From: Mytilus trossulus
Taxonomy: Eukaryota
Assembly: GCF_036588685.1 (NCBI RefSeq)
Contig: NC_086376.1
Location: 40,672,001-40,736,000, forward strand
Direction: 5' to 3'
Length of the DNA stretch: 64,000 bases
Position 1 is the first letter of the stretch. Each line of letters opens with the position of its first letter. A model generated the notes under the pieces. It was not told the DNA's origin. It saw only the letters and a program-made list of their open reading frames with translations, and made no database searches. Positions 13,950 through 23,331 of this stretch are shown in pieces. Both the position numbers and the translations under genes were made by a program.

Positions 13950-14385
13950 AGAAAGTAAAAAACACAAAAATACCGAACTCCGAGGAAAATTCAAAAAGGA
14001 AAATCAAAAATCAAAAGGCAAAATCAAAAGTCCAAACACATCAAACGAATGGGTAACAACTGTCATATTCCTGACTTGGTACAGGCATTTTCTAATGTAG
14101 AAAATGGTGGATTGAACCTGGTTTTATAGCTAGCTAAACCTCTCACTTATATGACAGTCGCATCAAATTCCATTAAATTGTCAACGATGCATGAACAAAA
14201 CAAACATACTCAAAGAGTAAAAATGTCAAAAATAGGGGTACAACAGTCAATATTGTGTTATCATCTTGATATCTCTACATAAACAACAAATGTAACAAAG
14301 AAGCACAAAAAGGCATACATTAATTTAACATTCTCATTTTATTTTTCTTATACGGCTGAATTTATCTATGTAAAGTCTACCCAGA
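13950..14385. repeat. Second interspersed repeat family (unclassified)
   Basis: CCTGACTTGGTACAGGCATTTTC..GGTGGATTGAACCTGG..CTAAACCTCTCAC; copies at ~10105-10200 and inverted at ~62270-62445. Confidence 0.65.
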
Positions 14386-14415
14386 ATACACACACTTTTT
14401 GATTTAAAACATATT

Positions 14416-15005
14416 TTAATTTTGATACTGCTCAACATTTGCATTATTTTCTTTTCGTTCTAAATGTTCAGTAGATTGAGATTTCACATTATTGTATTGG
14501 AGTGCCGCATAAACACACATCGACAATATTGTCAATCCAATAAGAATATAGATGACCGATCCAATATAATATGTACTATCAGATGGTAGAGTTGTACGGG
14601 CACCAATGGTACTAAGTAATGAAAATACCATATATACAGCATCAACGTAGCTCACGTTTGTAAAAGACGAATAGATTACGCTTCCCATTAGAATATAAAC
14701 TACTAAAACCGCCATTGATATTATAAGAGGAATAATGGATCCCTCATAATCTTTCAACACTGTATTTTCATATGTTTCGGTTTCCATTAAGATATTCATT
14801 TTGTCATCTTTTTGTAAACTGCGTCTTTTTCGTGCAATTCGCTCCTGGGATCGATTCCGCATAAGAAGACACACACGTGTGACAAAGGTGGATAGTCTCT
14901 TGCCAAAGTCGGTAATGATTAGAGCAGTTAGTGGTATGCCTATTGCTGAATAGGTCATAACAAATACTTTTCCTGGTATAGTATGAGGAGTAATATGACC
15001 ATATC
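14416..15005 (-). CDS. Divergent K2P channel gene 4, exon 2; spliced product 270 aa; non-canonical P2 STIGART
   Basis: Acceptor TTGTAG|GA TAT GGT CAT (GYGH); YSAIGIPL; 223+590=813 nt in frame. Confidence 0.85.
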
Positions 15006-16109
15006 CTACAATTAAAAAAGTGTATATTTTATTTACCTTCTTTTTCGGTGTCTGAAACTTTTACGACAAAGACAACTGTTTGATTTATACCATCTTAAAA
15101 AAGGATGGATTGAAATGATATATGTCTAGTTATATAATTAAAAGCAACCGCGTGAAGACCAAGATGTACATTTTATACGTTGTTAGTAGGCGAGTGGTTA
15201 ATTTCCATTCACGGTTAGTAGGGGTGTAACGTTACGTCCCTTTGTAAAAACAACACAGTGTTGATGAAAATCTGAAAGGTTTCATCAGACGAAGATATTC
15301 AGTGATGATGAAAGATTGAAATATGTAAAATTCATATAACACACTAAAAAAGCTTACAAGTTATTTTTGTTGACATTTTCTTTTTGTACAGACCAATGTA
15401 TGAGTAAAGTAGGTCCTTTAATTTTGAAAACTTAATCACTTTTATAAGCCACGTAGTCTTCAATATCACATTTTAGATAGTCGGTAAAAGAAATGCGTAA
15501 CATATAGCCCACACTGAGTTACTAATATATTTAGTGCAAACGATCTAACCCTCCGAATATCGAAACATAATTAATGACACATTTATTCACAAATGCACAA
15601 CAGAAGCTTTCATTATTGATTGATATGGTATTTCAAATGTATTGTAGTGTACTAAGTATATGGAAAGGAAACGAGCGCTGTACGGAGATTGATTCTGACT
15701 CTTAGGATTCTGATTCTGAAACTGGTGAAGATGCCGAAACGAAAGACAGTTACCGACGACTGGTCTCCTGCCTATAAAACAGAACAAACTCACAGACTGA
15801 TTATCAATGTAATCAATATGTAATCACTTGTATGAAATTGAACTTAATTGCACTGCTTAACTTGATTATTGGGCGTCATAATTGACAATAAAAAACTTTT
15901 TAATTGTATCTGTATTTGGTAGAGCGAATACAATTAAACGATGACTTTCGGTACTATTGATTTTTATTTTCAGTTTAATAAATCAAATCAAATCAAATAT
16001 TTTATTTTAATGAGTTCAAAAGACTGACTCCGACTGAAGACTTAACTTCAGTCGACACATTATAAAAATAGAAAATGTTTACAGGGTGCCACAAAATTAA
16101 GATTTTTAC

Positions 16110-16810
16110 TTATGTTCTTAATTCACGATGTTCAAACGAACATAACATATTTATGTGCTAACTTGCTCTATTTTTCTTGTACAACTCTGCTTCTAATTTC
16201 TGTTCTTAACTAACTCATATTGTATATATGTATATAAATAAGACAAGAATAGTTCTGATACTAACAGGCACGGTGACCATTTCGATTTATTCATCATAAT
16301 TCACAATCTACTAGTAATCAATTTTCTATAAATGTCTTTTCATTTCATTTCATCAAACAATAATGTCCTAAACATCTCTGCGTAAACACTTCATCATATC
16401 AAATCTATAAAATAAACATTACAAATCAGTATACTATATATACACATTTAACAATACACAAAAAAAAAAATTTGTCTGCAAGTCGAGTGGTCACCGCCCA
16501 GCCTTCGATAAACTTAAAAACCCGTTTTCTATCTATTATATACCTTACTAATTTGCATAACTAGTTTATTCTATTGTTAAACAATAGACTAAAATAGATC
16601 CGAAAATTCATACGCATACCGCACATAAATTTATTTATGTTCTTAATTCACGATGTTCAAACGAACATAACATATTTATGTGCTAACTTGCTCTATTTTT
16701 CTTGTACAACTCTGCTTCTAATTTCTGTTCTTAACTAACTCATATTGTATATATGTATATAAATAAGACAAGAATAGTTCTGATACTAACAGGCACGGTG
16801 ACCATTTCGA
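16110..16810. repeat. DIRS 3' terminal block: B2 (16110-16285), spacer, A2 (16467-16634), B1 (16635-16810)
   Basis: 176-bp B copies and 168-bp A copy; A2 abuts B1, giving the circle junction. Confidence 0.92.
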
Positions 16811-16838
16811 CGTACAAAGAAAGCAGTCAGTGAAAATG

Positions 16839-17862
16839 TTATAAACCTAAATTCTTAGAAACTGATAATCGTTTTTCTAAACTATCTGATACGTAACCAT
16901 CTTTAGCTAAATCAGATTTCCATCTTCCATGTATTTTAAAAAGTCTATCTGGTATATCATGTTTAGCGGCCGCTGTGGCACCGCCTGCTCTGAAACTGTG
17001 TAAACCAAATTTGTTTACATTCAAACCGATTTGTGATAAGGCCTCTTTGACTAACTCTCTTGCTCGAGTATACGAAATTTTTACATTTTTACTTCTCAAT
17101 ATAAAAGAATTAGTTTTCTTTAAAAAAGACAATGCACGAAATATAAAGAATTCAGAATTATTCTCAATCTTAGCTAAAACTAGATAACTTTGCAAAAGCT
17201 TTACAGGACAGTAAGAACTACATTGTATCTAATCTAGAAATGACAACATTATTACCATGTCTATAACAATCTGTTTTGCTCTTACGAATAAAAATGTTGA
17301 CATGCGAAGTATGAAAAACTATGTCTTTAGCTGTGATGTTGCATAACTCATTGAAACGCAAAAATCCTGTATACATCAACGAACACATTAACAATAAACG
17401 CACTTCTTTTAGTGAATTACGATTATGATATTTATCAAACAGTTTAATCATTGAATTCGAGTCAACTGGTTCTTTTTTCTTTTTCGGACGAGATAGTATT
17501 CTCTTAGCACCTTCTAGTATACTCTTGACTAGTTCAGATTCGCATGGATCAGTTACGCCAGCAATACGATGCGCCCATTTTATGCTATAAAATGCTGTAT
17601 CTACTGAACTAAAACCTTCGGATGACTCTATCAAATGTTGCAAGTATAAACCCACATAAAGTTTATTACACGGAAGTACTGAAGTTATCTCTTTGTATTT
17701 TTGTGTCCACTTTAGAAAACGTTTGAAACCTCCAATATATTTTGTAACAGTTGTCTTGGCCCTCGAATCTAAGACAGTTGCATTTAGATTTGAGTAAAGT
17801 AATCTGAGTTCTGTGTGCTTAACCAAACTTAACTGTGACCAGAATCCAGTCGAAAAAATGTT
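16839..17862 (-). pseudogene. DIRS/PAT tyrosine recombinase, frameshifted near 17219-17227
   Basis: GFLRFNE, RKSKTD, HSFR, HGRW, GY catalytic motifs split over two frames; removing 7 nt restores ISRLD-SSYCPV. Confidence 0.87.
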
Positions 17863-18092
17863 CTAAAAATAGATATACAGTAATTACAATCTTTTTGTAA
17901 AAAGATAAAAATTCTATTACATAACATATTTACCTGAATCAAAGCATATCAATCAGGTCCAGTGACCATACAGTATTACTAAAAGATTTAGTCCAGTGAC
18001 CAAAGAGTATAACGTCCAGTGACTTCCAACACACACATATTACATCAATATTCATATAGTAAAAACAATTCTGTAAATAAAAAGACTTAATA

Positions 18093-20444
18093 TTAACAAT
18101 ATGAAGCGTCTAACAAAACAGCTAATACAGATCCTTTGAAATCTCCTCTCACAAAAACAGAGTTCAAATTATTTCCAGATTCGAAAATTCTCTCTGGTTC
18201 GTTGAACTGAAGCACTTCAATTATGTACTTTCTATATTTTAGACCAGTGTCAAAAATCAACGGCCAAAATGGCGATGAAGGCCAATTCGGAACTATCAAA
18301 GTTCCTTTAGCTTTACATTTTACTAAATGATTTATAACTCTGCTAACCTCAGTTACTGGAGGTACTAGCAAATTGTTCCCACCGGACCAGTCGCACGTGA
18401 AAGCGTCGACGCATAAAGAACCTGGGTTCCAATACAAAGAATTAAACTTTTGTAATTTCGTATTTTCAAAGCTAGCAAACCTATCCACTGAAAATGGACC
18501 CCATAAATCATTCAAGAATGTGAAAAATTCATCTGAAATACGCCAGTCGTCAATATCGACAATTCTACTTAGCATGTCTGCTTGTTCATTCTGTTCCCTT
18601 GGAATCCAGTTAACAAAAATAGTAATATCATTTTTACGACAACAATCGTATATTGATAAAGCTAAAGACTGTAATTCTGGTACTTTACTACCCTTGTGAA
18701 CTATTGTTACAGCGTTTTGATTATCTGTATAAAACGATACCGTGCAATGTTTAAGCAAACGTGCAAAACTTAATATAGACAACTCTATTGCTTTGACTTC
18801 CCTCCAAGTGGAGCTCTTTAATTTCTCATCGTCAGACCAAGATTTATGCATAATCTGTTTTAGATTATCAATATATCCAGCAGCCCCTGTATTGCTTGCA
18901 TCTGTAAATATGTAAAATTCAGAATCCAATCCTAACAAAGAAACTGGTTCTAACTTACAAATGCTATCTCTCCAAAATATCAGATCTCTGATACAAGCGT
19001 TACAATGATTTATATTAATAGATTGGTTCCAATCTTGTCTTAAATTTATAACTTCAAACAAACCTCTCGACATGATCTGTGTAATGTGACCTAAAGCAGG
19101 CGTAAAAGAAATGATTTTACCAGCTGCTTTTGCTAACAATCTTACTTTCACTTTGCAGGAACTGTTAAGTATAACATTAACTAAGTCAATTAAATCATTC
19201 TTTTTTCTATCTGGTATATCTAGTTTACATATGTCTAAATTCCATATAAAACCTAACCACTCTAATGTTTGTGTTGGTGTCCAGTGACATTTATCTCTGT
19301 TTGGTACGAACCCCGATGATATAAGATCTGACTTTACTATATCAGAATGCATTTTACATGTGTTTTCATTATCGGCTAAACCGAACCCGTCGTCTAAATA
19401 AACAACGACTTTGATTCCTTTCTTTCGCCAATGTTTTACTAAAGGTCTAACTACTTTAGTAAAGATATATCCGCTAGATTTCAAACCAAAAGGAAGTACA
19501 GTAAAAACGAAAAACTTTGTTACACCTCCTAATTTCCAGGAGAAACCTAAATATTTCTGATGTTCGTTAAAAATATCAATATGATGATATCCTGATTTCT
19601 TATCAAAAACGAATCCAAAACAATTAGAAGATAAATACTGTTTAACTACTTTCCAATCTTCAAATTTAATCTTGCTATCAACTACCTGTTTGTTTACATG
19701 TCGTAAATCTAAAATTAACCTGTGTTTATTTTTCGCAGTCGAGACGGTCAAAGGATTAACCACGTGCGGTCTACTCGATACCTCTCGTATCAAGCCCCCT
19801 TTCATTAAATCTAAAATAGCTTTCGAGACAAATTCATTGTTATCAAATGCTGATTTGTTATTTCTTAAGAATATTTCTTCAGGCTCGTTAAGCAAAAGAA
19901 TTTTGTAACCATCTGTAATAACATTCAAAATGAAATCTGAAGCATTAATTTGTTTCCAAAAGTTAATAGATTTTTTCAAACGACCTTTAACATAAATATC
20001 AGAATTACAATTTTCATATTCATAAAATGTTTCAACAATATCATAATCTTGTACCTTGAAAATGTCACTGTTATGATCTTTAAGAAGAAGATCCTCTGGA
20101 AGGTCCTGTCCTTGCCTTTCCCTTCCTGCAGTCTCTTGCCCAGTGCCCTTGCATGCCACAGTTATAACAGACGTCTGAGGTCTTGAAGCTATTTTGGTTG
20201 CCGAAACTTTGGCCGCTGGCGGCCAAGCCCCCTCGAAAGGGCTGCAGGCGAAATGTAGCATCAGAACCACCTGTACCATTATGTGCCATTTGAGCTGTTG
20301 AACCAGATGCTTCTGCCGGACGCTTTCTACTGCTGCGTTTATCTGTTTTCTCTGCTTTGATCTTTTTAACTGCCCTGTTATCTGCGGCGCGTATTCTTTT
20401 CTCGTCTTCCGAGTCACTGGCCACTTCATCTGAAAGGTATTCAT
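18093..20444 (-). CDS. pol: DIRS/PAT reverse transcriptase - RNase H - adenine methyltransferase-like polyprotein
   Basis: RLILDLR, GYHHI, LPFGL, YLDD; RNase H FTDAS/REVKAI/TDNQ/ADMLSR; C-terminal DRFAS...DAF...VPP...VPNWP. True start uncertain (overlaps gag). Confidence 0.9.
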   Translation of the reverse strand: MNTFQMKWPVTRKTRKEYAPQITGQLKRSKQRKQINAAVESVRQKHLVQQLKWHIMVQVVLMLHFACSPFEGAWPPAAKVSATKIASRPQTSVITVACKGTGQETAGRERQGQDLPEDLLLKDHNSDIFKVQDYDIVETFYEYENCNSDIYVKGRLKKSINFWKQINASDFILNVITDGYKILLLNEPEEIFLRNNKSAFDNNEFVSKAILDLMKGGLIREVSSRPHVVNPLTVSTAKNKHRLILDLRHVNKQVVDSKIKFEDWKVVKQYLSSNCFGFVFDKKSGYHHIDIFNEHQKYLGFSWKLGGVTKFFVFTVLPFGLKSSGYIFTKVVRPLVKHWRKKGIKVVVYLDDGFGLADNENTCKMHSDIVKSDLISSGFVPNRDKCHWTPTQTLEWLGFIWNLDICKLDIPDRKKNDLIDLVNVILNSSCKVKVRLLAKAAGKIISFTPALGHITQIMSRGLFEVINLRQDWNQSININHCNACIRDLIFWRDSICKLEPVSLLGLDSEFYIFTDASNTGAAGYIDNLKQIMHKSWSDDEKLKSSTWREVKAIELSILSFARLLKHCTVSFYTDNQNAVTIVHKGSKVPELQSLALSIYDCCRKNDITIFVNWIPREQNEQADMLSRIVDIDDWRISDEFFTFLNDLWGPFSVDRFASFENTKLQKFNSLYWNPGSLCVDAFTCDWSGGNNLLVPPVTEVSRVINHLVKCKAKGTLIVPNWPSSPFWPLIFDTGLKYRKYIIEVLQFNEPERIFESGNNLNSVFVRGDFKGSVLAVLLDASYC

Positions 20445-20901
20445 TCACCGTTCTCCAACCACCCTCGGACTTATCCGCGATTCTAATTAATTTATTTCTC
20501 TTCTTGAGCTGGACAGACGAATCTTCTAAAACCCTAACTGCCTTTTTAGGTCGATTCTTCTCAATGTAGCCTATTGCCGTGCTTATACTGTCTTGAATGT
20601 CAGAGTTAAGCTCAAATTGTAACTGATTCCCCTTAAATTTAAAGGTATTCTCTGCCTTCTTTGCTCTCTTTACTAACGTCTCTGTAGTATCGGAGAAATT
20701 CTTCTCTATACCGGAAAGTTTATTATTGAAATAAGTTGTCATCAAAGAAAACAAATCTGCGTTTGAAACTTCAGGTGCCCTATCTTGCTCTGAATTACCT
20801 TTTCTCTTTGTTGGTTCAGCAGCAGAACGTAAAGCTTCAATTGACTTGTCAGGAGACTTGGTTAATTCTCTATCGTCGAGGTCTAGCTCTGAATCGGACA
20901 T
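20080..20901 (-). CDS. gag: DIRS/PAT gag-like protein with CCHC zinc knuckle
   Basis: 273 aa ORF; CYNCGMQGHWARDC; IRIADKSEGGWRTVNEY motif; ATG 4 nt after repeat A1. Confidence 0.88.
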   Translation of the reverse strand: MSDSELDLDDRELTKSPDKSIEALRSAAEPTKRKGNSEQDRAPEVSNADLFSLMTTYFNNKLSGIEKNFSDTTETLVKRAKKAENTFKFKGNQLQFELNSDIQDSISTAIGYIEKNRPKKAVRVLEDSSVQLKKRNKLIRIADKSEGGWRTVNEYLSDEVASDSEDEKRIRAADNRAVKKIKAEKTDKRSSRKRPAEASGSTAQMAHNGTGGSDATFRLQPFRGGLAASGQSFGNQNSFKTSDVCYNCGMQGHWARDCRKGKARTGPSRGSSS

Positions 20902-20905
20902 CTTG

Positions 20906-21073
20906 AAAATTTGTCTGCAAGTCGAGTGGTCACCGCCCAGCCTTCGATAAACTTAAAAACCCGTTTTCTATCTATTATATACCTTACTAATTTGCATAAC
21001 TAGTTTATTCTATTGTTAAACAATAGACTAAAATAGATCCGAAAATTCATACGCATACCGCACATAAATTTAT
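20906..21073. repeat. DIRS split direct repeat A1 (168 bp; copy A2 at 16467-16634)
   Basis: Direct comparison by eye, no mismatches seen. Confidence 0.92.
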
Positions 21074-21669
21074 ATACATATGAAATAATAAAAATGATAA
21101 ATTTTACTTACATACAATAACCACTTTTAAAATACCTAATATTTACGCTATAAACATTAACGGATTAAAAAAAATTATTAGAAATGAAATATAGATGTGA
21201 AGCATTCATGAACATAATCCTTTGTAGAGTTTAGATTAAAAAGTGACCAAAAAAGTAAAAAAAAAAAATGTGGGCATATAGAATACAGAGTTATGCCCCT
21301 CCTCCCTCCAGACTCCATTAAACTTCCTGGTTTGTAAAATATACAGGAAGTTAATAATAGAAATCAAGGTCATTATTTGTTATTAATGAGATTCAATAAT
21401 ATATAACATTTGGCTTGAATTTAAATGATTGTTAATAATAAAATATTTATTTTCGAATTGTCCATGATAATTGCTCTATTTTTCACGAGATTATTTCAAA
21501 TAGTTGCTACATGAATACATGCATGTTGATCGGTTCTTATTACGATTGATTGATCATAGTTGTTTTACATCGCATCAGCGTGAAAAGGCTATAACACACG
21601 GCGATATTAACCCCATGTATTTGAAATTGAAATTTATTGCACATATATACATACACTGGTGATACATAC

Positions 21670-21892
21670 CTATTGTTGTTATCATTGCAACAAAGAAGAA
21701 AAGCGTTTCCCAGTAATTCAACGTATTATCTTCCTCACATTGATTTTCGTTGCTATTTCTTCTATGATCTTCAATGTTCATGTAAACAGCAGCACTCGTG
21801 AAAGTATACACACATAGTATAAAGACAATACCTGGTGGTGACTTGGCGATACTCAGAAGTCGTTTTATATATACAGTGACCTCAAACTTCAT
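21670..21892 (-). CDS. Divergent K2P channel gene 4, exon 1 (almost no cap)
   Basis: ATG at 21892; LNYWETLFFFVAMITTIG; donor ATAG|GTATGT; 223 nt; similar to gene 3 exon 1. Confidence 0.85.
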
Positions 21893-23331
21893 TGTAAAAT
21901 ACTAGGATCCTTTCAAATCTTTCCAAAATAAATTGGATGAATGTGTAATGACCGCTGACACAGTTTGAATAAGTTTCCGATAGACACACATGAATAATCC
22001 GAGTATACGTGATAGTCAACGATATTTAGTGCTCAGAGGACAAAACTGTTTAAAAAACTAGGTGAATTAAAGATCGAGTCGTTAAAAATCGTAAACGCAC
22101 TATTAACTTGAAATCAGCAGTCTGAAAAATATCAGAATATATTAAATTACAACTTTAGCCTATATAGGAAATACCTTTGTTCTATTTATAGTTTTAACCA
22201 TAAAAACGGAACGTTTTTAAAAGGTAGAAAAACATAATTATCACATTTTATACTGTTTGCATACTAACAACGAAAAAAATGTTTCATCTAGTTCAATTGT
22301 TATCGGTCCTGGTAACAGTCACGGGACCTGTTAAAATAAAACTAAGACAGAAGATACAAAATAAAGAAATGTCTATACAAGTACCATTAATAATCTTTTG
22401 ATCATAATGGACACTAAAAAAAAAGCTTAAACTTAATTTTAAGCATATTTAGAATTTTAACATATACATAAAAATCGACAAGGATAAATAAAAAAAAGTG
22501 TTGTATTCGTCATTAAAAAAAGTATTTAGTGGAAATCTATTTTTTAATTTGCGTAAATTAAATACATTTATCACGGTTAAAAACACTTCCATTTGAAAAC
22601 ATATGTTATAAAACAGTCAAGTTTAAAATGATTTTTTTTGTGTGTCAAGATGACATGAATTGTGTATAGGTGAAATACCACCATCTATTACCCCCATTTA
22701 ACTTTTCTTAAATTGCATTTTTTTTTATAGATTATGCAGATTTTATCTCTGTTTCAAATCAAGAAATACTTGGCAAGAGCGAAGTTTTAAATTAGTCCTG
22801 TCCAGTACTATGGAAAAAAATTCACGTATCATTTCATTGCATATAATTTTTTTTAACCATCACTGGAAGTTAACCAATCAAATTCCCCCCTTATTTAACC
22901 TGTATACATGTACAAGCTTTAGTAACCATGTAACCTCAGGTTTCCAAACTATTCTATAAAACCCCAAATAAAAATAAATAAGGTGCTTTGAAATACCCAA
23001 AATATATGTTTATGACCCAGAACTGTTTTTCTGCAATAAAATGTAGGATAAATTACCTACAACTGTCAAATTCATTTTTTCGACCTATTTTCTGTGCAAC
23101 CGGGTGTGCAAACACTGATTTGGTGGTATAACATCTATACATACTGTGGCCATTAATGTATGAATATAAACTTATTATAGATCCAACGATTACAATTGTG
23201 TTCATTAAACGCGCGTTTTGTCTACAAAAGCATCAGTGACGCCCAAATATATATATATAAAAAAGATTAAATAAAGGGTACAGAGTTATAAAGCCATGTA
23301 GACCCAAAATTTAAAAGATTTTGCCTAATAT

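Larger units (their letters stand above)
16110..21073 (-). mobile_element. DIRS-order tyrosine-recombinase retrotransposon, PAT-like (split direct repeats), inside intron of K2P gene 4
   Basis: Order on minus strand: A1(21073-20906), gag, RT/RH/MT, YR, B1(16810-16635), A2(16634-16467), spacer, B2(16285-16110). Repeat pairs look identical; no TSD. Confidence 0.93.

Noticed and set aside
16839-20901. Phage integrase or bacterial contamination
   Set aside because: The recombinase is flanked by gag, RT/RNase H and split repeats, all within a spliceosomal intron
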